NCBI GenBank assembly: GCA_963761305.1
Contig: CAVXGK010000002.1
Span: 2,432,001-2,496,000 of the forward strand
Length of the DNA stretch: 64,000 bases
DNA from: an uncultured Gemmatimonadaceae bacterium
GTDB taxonomy: Bacteria > Gemmatimonadota > Gemmatimonadetes > Gemmatimonadales > Gemmatimonadaceae
Direction: 5' to 3'
In this document: positions 39,777-50,179 of the stretch, piece after piece
How positions within the stretch are numbered: position 1 is the stretch's first letter
How the letters are laid out: the number at the start of each line of letters is the position of its first letter
The notes under the pieces: generated by a model
The model's input: the letters and a program-made list of their open reading frames with translations, nothing else
The model's database searches: none
Told to the model about the DNA's origin: nothing
Made by a program: the position numbers and the translations under genes

Positions 39777-40333
39777 GCGTGCTCGACATTCGGGTCCTCG
39801 GCGACCCGGTGCTGCGCGAAGAAACAAAGCCCGTTGCCGCCGTCACCGACGAGTTGCGCGAGCTGGTGAAGAACATGTTCGAGACGATGGACCTCGCCAA
39901 AGGGATCGGGCTCGCCGCGCCGCAGGTCGGGCGCACCGAGCGCGTCGCCGTGATCGGCGTCGACGACGCTCGCTTCGTGATCATCAACCCCGAGATCGTA
40001 GACGCCGATCCCAAGCGCGCCAAAGCCGAGGAGGGCTGTCTTTCGATCCCCGACGTGTACGGCGACGTGGAGCGTCCGGCGCGCGTGAGGGTCCGCGCCA
40101 CGGATCTCGAAGGCCGCACGTTCGAGGTCGAGGCGGGCGAGCTGCTCGCGCGCTGCCTGCAGCACGAGATCGACCACCTGCACGGCAAGCTCTTCGTCGA
40201 CTACCTCAGCATCTTGAAACGGCGCTCGGCGATGGCGAAGTGGGCGAAGGAGAAGGACAAGTATCCGGGGTTCATCAGAAAACTCGAAACCGACCCGTCG
40301 AAGAATCACGAGCACCCCGACGAGGAGCTGTGA
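39773..40333 (+). CDS. def: Peptide deformylase
   Basis: GIGLAAPQVG, EGCLS, QHEIDHL. Confidence 0.97.
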
Positions 40334-41299
40334 GTGCGCGTGCTCTTCTGGGGCACGCCCGACTTCGCGCTGCCGCCGCTGCGCGCGCTGCTCGGTGAAG
40401 GATTCGACGTCGTCGGCGTCGTCACGCAGCCGGACCGCCCCGTAGGACGATCGCGTTCGACGCTCGAGCCGCCGCCGGTGAAACGCGTCGCGGCGGCGGA
40501 AGCGATTCCGGTGCTCCAGCCGGACCGTCCGCGCGGCGACGAGTTCATGGCCCAACTGCGCGAGCTGAATCCGGACATCTCCGTCGTCGTCGCCTACGGA
40601 CACATCCTGTCGCAGGCGCTCATCGATCTGCCGTCGCGCGGCACGATCAACATCCACGCGTCGTTGCTGCCGCTCCTTCGCGGAGCGGCGCCCATCGAGG
40701 CGGCGATCCGCGAAGGCCACGCCGAGGCCGGTGTGACGATCATGCGCATGGTGAAAGCGCTCGACGCCGGACCATCGATCCTCCAGGTGCCGACGCCGAT
40801 CGCCGATGACGAAACCTGCGGCGAGCTGCGGCTGCGCCTGTCGGAGCTCGGCGCGTTGGCACTCATCGAAGCGCTGGCGCTGATCGAGCTGGAGCGCGCC
40901 GAGGAAGTGCCGCAAGACGATTCGCGAGCCACGTACGCGCCGAAGATCGATCGCACGATGACGCGCATCGACTGGAATGCCGATGCGGCGGCCGTGTCGC
41001 GCATCGTGCGCGCCTACGACCCGCGCCCGGGTGCCTACGCCGTCCGTTCGACAGGCGACGCCAACAGCGAGGTCAAGCTCTTCGGCGCGCGCCTGTCCGC
41101 GCGCGAGACCGACCGGCTGCCGGGTGAGATCCTGGCCATCGATGACGAGGGGATGACGGTCTCCTGCGGACCGGCGGCGAATCGGGGCCAACGGGCGGCC
41201 GTGCAAATCGCAAGCGTTCAACCTGCCGGAAAGCGACCCATGTCGCCGCGCGAGTGGGCCAGCGGCAGGGGCATCGCCGTGGGCGAGCGGCTATCTTAA
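40334..41299 (+). CDS. fmt: Methionyl-tRNA formyltransferase
   Basis: GTPDFA, TQPDRP, VVAYG, NIHASLLP, RGAAPI, LDAGP. Confidence 0.96.
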   Translation: MRVLFWGTPDFALPPLRALLGEGFDVVGVVTQPDRPVGRSRSTLEPPPVKRVAAAEAIPVLQPDRPRGDEFMAQLRELNPDISVVVAYGHILSQALIDLPSRGTINIHASLLPLLRGAAPIEAAIREGHAEAGVTIMRMVKALDAGPSILQVPTPIADDETCGELRLRLSELGALALIEALALIELERAEEVPQDDSRATYAPKIDRTMTRIDWNADAAAVSRIVRAYDPRPGAYAVRSTGDANSEVKLFGARLSARETDRLPGEILAIDDEGMTVSCGPAANRGQRAAVQIASVQPAGKRPMSPREWASGRGIAVGERLS

Positions 41300-41304
41300 G
41301 CACC

Positions 41305-42798
41305 ATGCCTGGCGCAGATCCGCACCGATCGCCCGCCGCTCCCTCCAGCGGTGGTGAACCCGGCGTCGTTGGTGACGGTGGACTTGCCGTCCACGCGGAC
41401 GACACCCGGATGGGAGCAATCACGCCCAACGCGCTGCGCAAGCCGGCGTCGCCGAGCGTGACCGACGCGCGACGCGCCGTGGCCGACGTGTGCACGGACC
41501 TGCGCTCCGGCGACCTGCTGGACTTCACGTTCGACCGGCGCACGAGCCGCCTGGATGGACGCGATCGTCGCTGGGCGCGCGAGCTGCTGTACGGCATGCT
41601 GCGTCGCCGCGCGTGGATCGACGCGCATCTGGACGCGCGAGTGCGCGGCGGCCTCGCGCGGCTCGATCCCGATCTCCTCGACCTCCTCCGACTCGGCGCC
41701 GCGCAGCTTCTGTACATGGAGAGCGTGCCGGCCTACGCGGCGATCGCGCAGACGGTCGAGCTGGCCAAGCAGCGGCACGGCATGGGGGCGAGCAAGCTCG
41801 CCAACGCGGTGCTGCGGCGCCTCGACCGCGAGCATGAATCGCTCTCGCTCCCGGTGCTGACGGACATGCCGAGCGCGCTGGCGCTCGCCGGATCGCATCC
41901 GCGCTGGCTCGTCGTTCGGTGGCTCGAGCGCTATGGCGCCGACGACACCCGACGTCTGCTCGACGCCAACAACCGCGAGGCGCCGCTCGTGGCGCGGCCG
42001 TATCACGTCGTGCGCGAGCAGCTCGAGGCGATGCTCGAGACGGCGGGCATTCACGTGGACGACGCGCCGCTCGTGCGCGACAGCATTCTTCTGTCGAGCC
42101 CGGTCTCGTCGCTCACCGAGCTTGGCGCGTTTCGTCAGGGGCTGTTCCACATTCAGGATCCGGCGTCCACGCTGGTCGCGCAGTACGCGTGCGCGCCGAC
42201 CGGCGCCGTCGTCGCCGACATCTGCGCCGCTCCAGGTGGAAAGTCGATCGAGCTGTCACGGACCGCGTCGCTCGTGCTGTCGAGTGATTCGTCGCTGCCC
42301 CGATTGCAGCGCGTCGTCGAGAACGCGCACCGGTTGGAAATCGCGTCGCTCGCGCCGTACGTGGCCGACGCGCGCCATCCCGCGATCAAGCCCGTGGATC
42401 TCGTGCTCGTCGACGCGCCATGCACCGGCACGGGCACGTTCCGCCGTCATCCCGACGCGCGTTGGCGTCTCAAGATCTCCGACATCGCCGTGATGGCGTC
42501 GCTGCAGCGCGCCATCCTGCGCTCCGCGGCGACTGCCGTGCGCATCGGCGGACTGCTCGTGTACAGCACGTGCTCGATCGAGCCGGAAGAGAACGACGAG
42601 CAGATCGATCAGTTCCTCGCCGAACATCCGGGGTGGCGTCTCGAGCCGCCGCCGGAAGGCGTCGTGCCCGCCGCGGTGCTCGATCGCGGACGATTGCGTG
42701 TGTTGCCGCACGTGCACGGAACGGACGGCGCGTTCGCCGCGCGGTTGCGCAACGTCGGCAGCGCGGAACCTGTAGCGGGGACGGGGCGCGGCGAGTGA
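41305..42798 (+). CDS. rsmB: 16S rRNA m5C967 methyltransferase RsmB/Sun
   Basis: NusB-like N-terminus, SHPRW, IQDPAS, DICAAPGGK, VDAPCTGTG, YSTCS; start could be 41410. Confidence 0.92.
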   Translation: MPGADPHRSPAAPSSGGEPGVVGDGGLAVHADDTRMGAITPNALRKPASPSVTDARRAVADVCTDLRSGDLLDFTFDRRTSRLDGRDRRWARELLYGMLRRRAWIDAHLDARVRGGLARLDPDLLDLLRLGAAQLLYMESVPAYAAIAQTVELAKQRHGMGASKLANAVLRRLDREHESLSLPVLTDMPSALALAGSHPRWLVVRWLERYGADDTRRLLDANNREAPLVARPYHVVREQLEAMLETAGIHVDDAPLVRDSILLSSPVSSLTELGAFRQGLFHIQDPASTLVAQYACAPTGAVVADICAAPGGKSIELSRTASLVLSSDSSLPRLQRVVENAHRLEIASLAPYVADARHPAIKPVDLVLVDAPCTGTGTFRRHPDARWRLKISDIAVMASLQRAILRSAATAVRIGGLLVYSTCSIEPEENDEQIDQFLAEHPGWRLEPPPEGVVPAAVLDRGRLRVLPHVHGTDGAFAARLRNVGSAEPVAGTGRGE

Positions 42799-43460
42799 GC
42801 GTTCGGATCGTCCCCTCCATCCTCAGCGCCGATTTCGCGCGGCTGGGCGAACAAATTGCGACGGTGGTTGCGGGCGGGGCAGACTGGATTCATATCGACG
42901 TCATGGACGGCCGCTTCGTTCCGAACATCACCTACGGCGCGAAAGTCATCGAGACGGTGCGCAAGCTGACGACGCTGCCGCTCGACGTGCATCTGATGGT
43001 CGTCGAGCCGGAAAACTTCTTCGACGATTTCGCGTCGGCCGGCGCGAACGGGATGACCGTGCACACCGAAGTCTCGCCGCATCTCCACCGGCAGCTCGAT
43101 CGCATTCGTGAGCTCGGCTGTCGCGCCGGCGCGGCGATCAACCCGTCGACGCCGCTCAGTGCGGTGCGCGAAGTGATTCCCGAGCTCGATTTGCTGCTGG
43201 TGATGACGGTGAACCCGGGCTTCGGCGCGCAGAAGTTCATTCCGTACTCGATCGACAAGGTGCGACGCGCGCGCGCGATGCTGAGCGAGGCGAAGAGCCG
43301 GGCGGCACTCGAGGTGGACGGCGGGATCGGTCGCGACACGGTCCACGACGTGTGGGCCGCCGGCGCGGACACGTTCGTCGCCGGCAACGCGGTCTTCTGC
43401 GCGCCCGACCCCAAGGCCGAAATCGCCGCGCTGCGGTCGCTATGTGGAGTGACCGTATGA
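42795..43460 (+). CDS. rpe: Ribulose-phosphate 3-epimerase
   Basis: PSILSADF, HIDVMDG, DVHLM, MTVNPGFG, EVDGG. Confidence 0.97.
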   Translation: MSVRIVPSILSADFARLGEQIATVVAGGADWIHIDVMDGRFVPNITYGAKVIETVRKLTTLPLDVHLMVVEPENFFDDFASAGANGMTVHTEVSPHLHRQLDRIRELGCRAGAAINPSTPLSAVREVIPELDLLLVMTVNPGFGAQKFIPYSIDKVRRARAMLSEAKSRAALEVDGGIGRDTVHDVWAAGADTFVAGNAVFCAPDPKAEIAALRSLCGVTV

Positions 43461-44032
43461 CGGCGCGAAAGCAGTGGACGATCGTGGCGATCATCGTCGC
43501 CGTGCTCGGCGGCGGGATGGCGGCTGCGTCACACTTCTTGAAAGACCAGCTCTTCCCCGTCACCGAAGGCTCCGACGCGCCGAACTTCCGCGCGAAGGTG
43601 CTCGGCGAGAATCGCTACAAGACGCTGGCCGACTACAAGGGCCAGGTCGTGCTGCTCAACATCTGGGCGACGTGGTGCGGACCCTGCCAGGTCGAGATCC
43701 CGAGCCTCGAGCGGCTGTACAAGGCGTACGGCGACAGTGGACTCAAGCTCGTCGCCGTGAGCATCGACGACTACGTGGGTGAAGATTCGATTCGCGCGTT
43801 CGCCAAACATTTCGGCGTGACGTTCGAGGTGTTGCACGACTCTACGCACTCGATCGAGCGCGAGTATCAGGCGACGGGCTACCCCGAGACGTTCATCATC
43901 GGAAAGGAAGGCTCGATCCGCCGCAAGTGGATCGGCCCCGACGACTGGAGCTCGCCCGGCAACCGCGCGCTCATCGCGCAGCTGCTCGGCTTGGAAAAGC
44001 CCAAGAGCGTCGCGAATAGCGGCGACCGCTGA
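43457..44032 (+). CDS. TlpA/ResA family membrane-anchored thiol-disulfide oxidoreductase
   Basis: N-terminal TM, NIWATWCGPC, GYPETF. Confidence 0.92.
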   Translation: MTARKQWTIVAIIVAVLGGGMAAASHFLKDQLFPVTEGSDAPNFRAKVLGENRYKTLADYKGQVVLLNIWATWCGPCQVEIPSLERLYKAYGDSGLKLVAVSIDDYVGEDSIRAFAKHFGVTFEVLHDSTHSIEREYQATGYPETFIIGKEGSIRRKWIGPDDWSSPGNRALIAQLLGLEKPKSVANSGDR

Positions 44033-44047
44033 GCGGAGCGCGTTCCG

Positions 44048-44761
44048 ATGTCCGACGTCGTGCCTTCCGGGCCGACCGGCTCCTTTCAGCGACGCGTCAC
44101 CACCGCGTTCACACAGCAGCTCGGACTCAAGGGCATGGCCGTGCTCGTGGCCGTCGTGCTCTGGTTCGTCGTGAACGCGAAGGAGCCGCAGGTCGAGCTG
44201 GTGTCGGTGCGCTTTTCACTGGTGCTCGACAGCTCGCTCGTCCTGCGCGATCCGCTGCCCGAGCTGCGCGCGACCGTCGCCGGCTCGCCGAATGAGCTCA
44301 TCAAGCTGGCGTCCAATCCGCCGTCGGTCCGCCGGCCGGTCGGCGCGAATTCACCGGACACCGTCGTCGTCGACCTGCGCCCGGACGACGTGACGTTGCC
44401 GGAAGGCGTGGACGCCGTCGTGCGCGACGTCCAGCCGCGCAGCGTCACGCTGCGCTTCGAGTCGACGGCGAGCCGCAAGGTGCCGATCGTTTCCGCGCTC
44501 GCTGTCATGACGACCGGCATGTCGGGTCCCGTGGCGACGCGCTTCGATCCGGAAAGCGTTCAGGTGTCGGGACCGAGGCTGCGCGTCGCCCAAGTCAGAT
44601 CCGTTCGGACGATCCGCGCGGTCATCTCCTTTCCCGATTCGCTCCCGCATCTGGTCGACGTCGATACAACGGGGCTCGGCACGCTGCGCCTGAAGCCGTC
44701 GCAAGTGAAGGTGATTCTGGTGACGCAGCCGACACCGCCCCTTCCGACGCCGCACAGGTAA
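44048..44761 (+). CDS. CdaR/YbbR-like protein
   Basis: LKGMAVLVAVVLWFVV anchor; YbbR-like beta repeats (VAGS, PRSVTL, RKVPI, PESVQVSGP). Confidence 0.75.
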   Translation: MSDVVPSGPTGSFQRRVTTAFTQQLGLKGMAVLVAVVLWFVVNAKEPQVELVSVRFSLVLDSSLVLRDPLPELRATVAGSPNELIKLASNPPSVRRPVGANSPDTVVVDLRPDDVTLPEGVDAVVRDVQPRSVTLRFESTASRKVPIVSALAVMTTGMSGPVATRFDPESVQVSGPRLRVAQVRSVRTIRAVISFPDSLPHLVDVDTTGLGTLRLKPSQVKVILVTQPTPPLPTPHR

Positions 44762-45813
44762 TGCGAATCCTCGGTATCGAGACGTCGTGCGACGAGACGT
44801 CGGCGGCCGTCCTCGAGGGAACGGGGGCAGGCGACGACACACGCGTGTCCTCGCTCGTCATCCTTTCGCAGGACGTACATCGCGTGTTCGGCGGCGTCGT
44901 CCCGGAGATCGCGTCGCGCGCGCACCTCACCGCGATCGTGCCGGTGGTCGAGCAAGCGCTCGCCGATTCGGGTTCGAACGACGTCGACGCCGTCGCGGTG
45001 ACGAATGCGCCGGGGCTCGTCGGCGCGCTGCTCGTGGGCGTGGCGTTCGGCAAGGCGTTCGCGTTCGCGCGCGGCGTGCCGGTGATCGGCGTGCATCACA
45101 TGGAAGGACATCTTTTCGCGACGGCGCTCGAACAAGCCGACGCGGTGCCGCCCTTCACCGCGCTTCTCGTCTCCGGCGGACACACGCTGCTGATCGACGT
45201 CGAGGCATGGGGCCACTACCGGCTGCTCGGCCGCACGCGCGACGACGCGGCCGGCGAAGCGTTCGACAAAGTTGCCAAGCTCCTCGGGCTTCCGTATCCT
45301 GGTGGACCTCACGTCGAGCGCGTTGCGGCGACCGCGCGGCGCGGCGACGATGGGGAAAAGGCGCCGCGGTTCGCGCGGCCGATGCTGCGACGCGATCAGC
45401 GCCCCGAGGACTCCGAGTACTATGACCTCTCGTTCAGCGGACTCAAAACCGCCGTGCTCAACGCGGTGAAGTCGTCGCCGCCGGACGCCGACCGCGCGCC
45501 GATCGCGCGGGCCTTTCAGGACGCCGTGATCGACACCCTCGTCGAGAAGACCGCTCGCGCCGCGCGCGCGTACGGACGTCGCCGAGTGGTGCTGGGCGGC
45601 GGCGTGGCATGCAACCAGTCGCTCGTGGCGGCCATGCGGGAACGTTTCGCGCGCCACGGGGTCGATGTCTTCGCGCCCACGCCGCGTCTGGCCACCGACA
45701 ACGCCGCGATGATCGCGCGCGCCGGACTGTTCCATCTCGAGCGCGGAGAGCGCTCGGGACTCGACCTCAACGCGTTCGCTGCCTCGCCAATTCCGGGACT
45801 CGTCGCCGCATGA
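44761..45813 (+). CDS. tsaD: tRNA N6-adenosine threonylcarbamoyltransferase
   Basis: ILGIETSCDET, GGVVPEIASRAH, HHMEGH, DDAAGEAFDK, SFSGLKT, TDNAAMI. Confidence 0.98.
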   Translation: MRILGIETSCDETSAAVLEGTGAGDDTRVSSLVILSQDVHRVFGGVVPEIASRAHLTAIVPVVEQALADSGSNDVDAVAVTNAPGLVGALLVGVAFGKAFAFARGVPVIGVHHMEGHLFATALEQADAVPPFTALLVSGGHTLLIDVEAWGHYRLLGRTRDDAAGEAFDKVAKLLGLPYPGGPHVERVAATARRGDDGEKAPRFARPMLRRDQRPEDSEYYDLSFSGLKTAVLNAVKSSPPDADRAPIARAFQDAVIDTLVEKTARAARAYGRRRVVLGGGVACNQSLVAAMRERFARHGVDVFAPTPRLATDNAAMIARAGLFHLERGERSGLDLNAFAASPIPGLVAA

Positions 45814-46703
45814 TGCCCCTCCCCCACGCTCTCCTGCTCGCCGCCGCCACGCCGTTCATCCATCATCCGTTCACGTTCAGCGTGTTCGGATTTTCGTTGA
45901 CCGGCTTCGGCATCGCGGTGCTGCTGGCGTTCCTCATCGCCCAGATCATCTCCGAACGCGAGCTTGCGCGCCGCGGACGAGATCGCGAGGCCGCCGCGGT
46001 GAGCGACGTGCTCTTTGCCGCGCTCCTCGGCACGCTCCTCGGCGCGAAGCTCTACTACGTGCTCATCGTGACGCACGACTGGCACGACCTGCTCGGCCGC
46101 GGCGGATTCGTCTTCTGGGGCGGCTTCATCGGCTCCGTGGTATTGTGCGCGTTGACGATTCGCCACAAGAAGCTGTCGTTCGTCCGCTTCGCCGACGTCG
46201 GCGGCATCGCGATCGCGGCCGGCTACGCCGTCGGACGCACCGGATGCTGGGCCGTCGGCGACGACTACGGCCGCCCCTACACCGGCCCACTCGCGGTCGC
46301 GTTCCCTCAGGGCTCGCCGCCGTCGACCGTGTTCGAGATGGAGCGCGTGTTCGGCGTGAAGTTCCCGCCAGGCACCGATCCGTCGGCCGTCGTCTCGGTG
46401 TATCCGACGCAATTGCTCGAGGTCGCGCTCGGCATGCTGATGTTCGGCATTCTGTGGCGCCTGCGCGATCACAAGCACGCCGAGGGCTGGCTGTTCGGCG
46501 TCTACTGCGTGCTGGCCGGCCTCGAACGATTCATCGTCGAGTTCCTGCGCGCCAAGGACGACCGCTTCTCGTGGGCGTTGGGTTTGAGCATGGCGCAACT
46601 CATCGCGCTCGCGATCGTGCTCGCCGGCGTGCTGATCATGGGCGCGCGAAGCAGAACCGGAGTCGGGCGGCCGGGGATCACCGAGCTACCGGTTGCCGCC
46701 TAA
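45810..46703 (+). CDS. lgt: Prolipoprotein diacylglyceryl transferase family protein
   Basis: LLGAKLYY, GGFVFWGG, GRTGC..GDDYG, YPTQL, RFIVEFLR. Confidence 0.85.
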   Translation: MMPLPHALLLAAATPFIHHPFTFSVFGFSLTGFGIAVLLAFLIAQIISERELARRGRDREAAAVSDVLFAALLGTLLGAKLYYVLIVTHDWHDLLGRGGFVFWGGFIGSVVLCALTIRHKKLSFVRFADVGGIAIAAGYAVGRTGCWAVGDDYGRPYTGPLAVAFPQGSPPSTVFEMERVFGVKFPPGTDPSAVVSVYPTQLLEVALGMLMFGILWRLRDHKHAEGWLFGVYCVLAGLERFIVEFLRAKDDRFSWALGLSMAQLIALAIVLAGVLIMGARSRTGVGRPGITELPVAA

Positions 46704-46736
46704 TCGGACGCCTGGTTCGAGTTCGATGATTTTGAA

Positions 46737-46836
46737 AACGGATTTCGCGGATTGAACGGACTTACGCGGCAAACCAAGAAAAGATTTTGGTTTTTGCAGT
46801 CTCCGCGAAGTCCGCCTCGTCCGCGAAATCCGCGTT
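46737..46836. repeat. Inverted repeat of 9-bp CGGATTTCG-type units around an AT-rich hairpin
   Basis: aacggatttcgcggattgaacggacttacgcgg / ccgcgaagtccgcctcgtccgcgaaatccgcgtt; lies between convergent lgt and acpS. Confidence 0.8.
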
Positions 46837-46891
46837 CCCAATTCGTAGTGGCCGACCGCGCGGACGAGTGGTCGAATGGTCCCGCACTTCC

Positions 46892-47272
46892 CTACCGCTC
46901 GAGGATCACCACCGCGACGGCGGTCGCCGCGCTGTGGGTCAGCGACACGTGGACCCGTTCGGCTCCCAGTTGGGAGAGGCGCTCGGCCGCGCGCCTATAG
47001 AAGCGGAGCTCGGGCGATCCGTCGTCGCGGCTCACGACTTCCACGTCGCGCCAGCCGATGCCGCGCGCGAGCTCGTTGCCGGAGAGCGCCTTGTAGGCCG
47101 CCTCTTTCGCCGCGAGGCGAACGGCCATGTGCTGCGCGGGCTGCGGCTTTGTAGCGAGATAGGCGCGCTCCGTTTCGCCGAACAGACGCTCGAGCATCCG
47201 CTCCGGTTTGTCGGCGAACATTCGCTCGGCGCGGGAAATGTCGACGGCGTCGATGCCCACGCCGACGATCAC
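46892..47272 (-). CDS. acpS: Holo-[acyl-carrier-protein] synthase
   Basis: IVGVGID, RLAAKEAAYKAL, HVSLTHS; GTGA overlap start. Confidence 0.95.
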   Translation of the reverse strand: MIVGVGIDAVDISRAERMFADKPERMLERLFGETERAYLATKPQPAQHMAVRLAAKEAAYKALSGNELARGIGWRDVEVVSRDDGSPELRFYRRAAERLSQLGAERVHVSLTHSAATAVAVVILER

Positions 47273-48021
47273 GGCGTGCGGCTCGCCGACACGTGGACCG
47301 CGTCGAGCGCGACGTCGAGCGCGATCCACACGCGGTCGGCCGCCTCGAACACGTCGCGCAACGAGAGCGCCCACGCGCGCCACGCGCGAATCTCCTCGGC
47401 GCGCTCGCGCGCTTCGTTCGCCCGTTCGCCGAGCGCGCGGAGCGCCACCTGCAACGGCTCGCTCGAGTCGACCAACTCGGCTTCGAGCGCGCGCCGCGCC
47501 GGCCCGTTCTGGCCGAACCGTTCGATCGCCAGTCGTCGCAGCGCGTCTTCCAGCGCACGCGCCAGCGCGACGCTCTCGAACGCGGCGATCGTCTCGCTCG
47601 GCGACGCGCTCTTCGACGCGGTGCGCCGGGCGTCGACGAGCGGCGCGAAAAAGCGCTGCTGCTCCGCCGCGGCGCTCGAGCGACGTCCGCGCTGCCCGCG
47701 TCGTGAGCCGAACGTGCGCAGCGTGCGCGTGAGCTCGGGGAGCGCGAAGCAGCGCGCCATGATGTCGGCCTGCAGCCGTGCCGCGTCGCGGCTCACGATC
47801 GCGACCTGACGGCCATCGCGCACGGAGACGAGCAGCTCGTTCGCTTCCGTCGCGACGGCGTCGATCGCGGCCAGCGGAATTCGGAGCACGCGCTCGGCGG
47901 CGCTCGCCCGGGCGACGAGCGTGAGCGCGTCGTCGTCGACCGTCGCCGTGCCTTCGCCCAGCTCCGTTCGACCGACTCGCGCCGCGCTGACGGCGATCGT
48001 TCCCCTCGGCGTCTCCGCCAT
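47269..48021 (-). CDS. Hypothetical protein (beta-rich N-terminus, helical C-terminus)
   Basis: Fills the HAD-acpS gap, stop overlaps the acpS start; TACATT box 7 nt before ATG 48021. Confidence 0.65.
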   Translation of the reverse strand: MAETPRGTIAVSAARVGRTELGEGTATVDDDALTLVARASAAERVLRIPLAAIDAVATEANELLVSVRDGRQVAIVSRDAARLQADIMARCFALPELTRTLRTFGSRRGQRGRRSSAAAEQQRFFAPLVDARRTASKSASPSETIAAFESVALARALEDALRRLAIERFGQNGPARRALEAELVDSSEPLQVALRALGERANEARERAEEIRAWRAWALSLRDVFEAADRVWIALDVALDAVHVSASRTP

Positions 48022-48052
48022 ATCGGAAAATGTACTCGCGGGCGTCGCCAAT

Positions 48053-48778
48053 TCAGCCACCCGATCCGTTCCACCCGCCGTTCGATCTGACATCCATGAT
48101 GGCCCGCACGACGGCCGCCGTGTCGGCGAGATCGTCGAACGCCTCGTCCGCACCGTGTTCGCGGAGCGCGTCGGCCGTGTAGTACCCGGTGCCGACGCCG
48201 ATGGTGAGCGCGCCGATCGCCCGACCGCAGTCGACGTCCGCCGGAGTGTCTCCGATGACGACGAGGTCGTGCCCGTCGACGCGCACGCCCAGCTCGTCTC
48301 GCGCCCGGCGCTGCGCCACGGCCGGCAGCTCGACTCGCAACTCGTGATCCGAGCCGTACGCCCCGACGCGAAATCGCTGAGGATCGATCCCACCCGCGCG
48401 GAGCTTCGCCGCGGCACCGGCCGCCAGATTTCCCGTCACGAGTCCGAGCACGACATCGGAGCGCGACTCGAGCGTGTCGAGCAGGTCGGCGACGCCGGGC
48501 ATCAATCGCACGTCGGTCGAGGGATGGTCGAGCTCCTCGTGGAGGTAGTCGACGTAGCGGTCGAACAGGCGGGACATGCGCGCGTCGATGTGGTCGTCGG
48601 CGTGTCCTTCCATGCGCATCAGCTCGCGGACGATCTGCGGATCCGTCTTGCCGTCGAAGCGATGTTCGATTCGTCCGGGGGCGCCGAACACTTCGGTGAG
48701 CGCGCGATGCACCGCGCGCTTGCCGGCTCCGCTCGTCAGCAGAATCGTCCCGTCGATGTCGAAGAGAACGAGCTTCAT
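48053..48778 (-). CDS. HAD superfamily hydrolase
   Basis: LVLFDIDGT, GKTD, LVTGN, VIGDTPADV. Confidence 0.92.
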   Translation of the reverse strand: MKLVLFDIDGTILLTSGAGKRAVHRALTEVFGAPGRIEHRFDGKTDPQIVRELMRMEGHADDHIDARMSRLFDRYVDYLHEELDHPSTDVRLMPGVADLLDTLESRSDVVLGLVTGNLAAGAAAKLRAGGIDPQRFRVGAYGSDHELRVELPAVAQRRARDELGVRVDGHDLVVIGDTPADVDCGRAIGALTIGVGTGYYTADALREHGADEAFDDLADTAAVVRAIMDVRSNGGWNGSGG

Positions 48779-49713
48779 GTGCGCGTGAGGAGCAGTCCGC
48801 CGAGGATGCACGCGGTGCCGACGCCCTGCGACCACGTGGGCGTCTCGCCGAGCATCCACCACGCCATGAGGACCGCGACGACCGGCTGAAGATTCGAGTA
48901 CATCGCCGTGCGGGTCGGTCCGATGACGCGCACGCCGCGATACCAGAACAGATATGCGATCACCAGCGCGAACAGACCGCTGTAGACGATCGCCAGCCAG
49001 CCGTCGAGCGGGACCTTGGCCCACGGCGTCGCGGCGATGCTCGGCAGCGCGACGAGGAACAGCGGAATCGCGCCGCCAAGCATCGTGAACGCCGACACGT
49101 GCAAACCCGACAGGTGCTCGGTGTACGGCTTGAGCAGCACCGTGTAGAACGCCCAACACAGCGACCCGGCGAGCACGAGAAGGTCGCCCCGCAGCGACGC
49201 GTCGCCGGCCGTGGCGTTGGTCGTTCCGAGGACGACGAATGCGATGCCGCCCACCGACAGCAGAATGCCCATGACGCCGCGCCTGCTCACGCGCTCGACA
49301 CCGAGCATTCGGCCCACGATGGCGATGAACGCCGGCGAGGCCGCGATGACGAGCCCGGCGTCGCTCGCGCGCGTGCGTGCGACACCTTCGATGAAAAACC
49401 ACTGATAGACGCCGTTCCCGAGGACGCCGAGCGCGAGCAGAACGGCGATTTCGCGCGGGGAAGGAAGCCGCGTGCGGCTGCCGGCGGCGATGGTGAGGAG
49501 GAGCAGGCCCGCGAGCATCACGCGCACGCCGTTGTAGGCGAGCGGGTCGATCAGCGTCGTCCCGAATTTGACGATCGAGAAGTTGACGCCCCAGATGATC
49601 GCCACGAGCACGAGCGATGCATCGGTAAGCCAAACACTTCCGCCCGGTCGCGCCGCGTCGGCGCGGCCGGGCAGGATCGATTCTGTCGCGGCGTCGCCGG
49701 CGGTCAAACCCAT
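48775..49713 (-). CDS. EamA/DMT family transporter
   Basis: IIWGVNF, about 10 TM helices, GDLLVL, NLQPVVA. Confidence 0.9.
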   Translation of the reverse strand: MGLTAGDAATESILPGRADAARPGGSVWLTDASLVLVAIIWGVNFSIVKFGTTLIDPLAYNGVRVMLAGLLLLTIAAGSRTRLPSPREIAVLLALGVLGNGVYQWFFIEGVARTRASDAGLVIAASPAFIAIVGRMLGVERVSRRGVMGILLSVGGIAFVVLGTTNATAGDASLRGDLLVLAGSLCWAFYTVLLKPYTEHLSGLHVSAFTMLGGAIPLFLVALPSIAATPWAKVPLDGWLAIVYSGLFALVIAYLFWYRGVRVIGPTRTAMYSNLQPVVAVLMAWWMLGETPTWSQGVGTACILGGLLLTRT

Positions 49714-49759
49714 GCTGAGAAAACTAGGCGTACGGGCTTTGGCCTGTCTATGTTGCTGA

Positions 49760-50179
49760 ATGCGCGTCTCATTTGCTCTTTTCGCCGATGCGGCGAATCT
49801 CTCGCAGGAAGGAAAGCTCAACGTCCTCGGCGTTTTCGACGCGCTGCAGGTGGGGGCGTTGCCCGCCGTTCATCCGCGCGCGAATCTCGTCGTCCACATG
49901 AAGGGAAGCGGCTCGGACGTCGGCGCGCACACGGTTTCGTTCCGTTGGCTGAGCCCGAGCGGTCAGGAGCTCTGGCGCAGCCAGGGTGATCTCAACGTCG
50001 GGCCGCCGCCGCCCGGCGTGATCGAGATGGATCTGCCGCTTATCGCGCAGTTCGACTTGCCGATGGATTCGCCGGGTGGCTACACGATGGCGATCGCCGT
50101 CGACGACGAGCCGACGATCGACGTCGGCGTGCAGGTTCGCTCGGCGACCCCGCTGGCCACGAACGGCCTGGTGAGCTAG
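49760..50179 (+). CDS. Conserved hypothetical protein (DUF6941-like beta-sandwich)
   Basis: ALFADAA..EGKLNVLGVFD, PGGY. Confidence 0.65.
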   Translation: MRVSFALFADAANLSQEGKLNVLGVFDALQVGALPAVHPRANLVVHMKGSGSDVGAHTVSFRWLSPSGQELWRSQGDLNVGPPPPGVIEMDLPLIAQFDLPMDSPGGYTMAIAVDDEPTIDVGVQVRSATPLATNGLVS

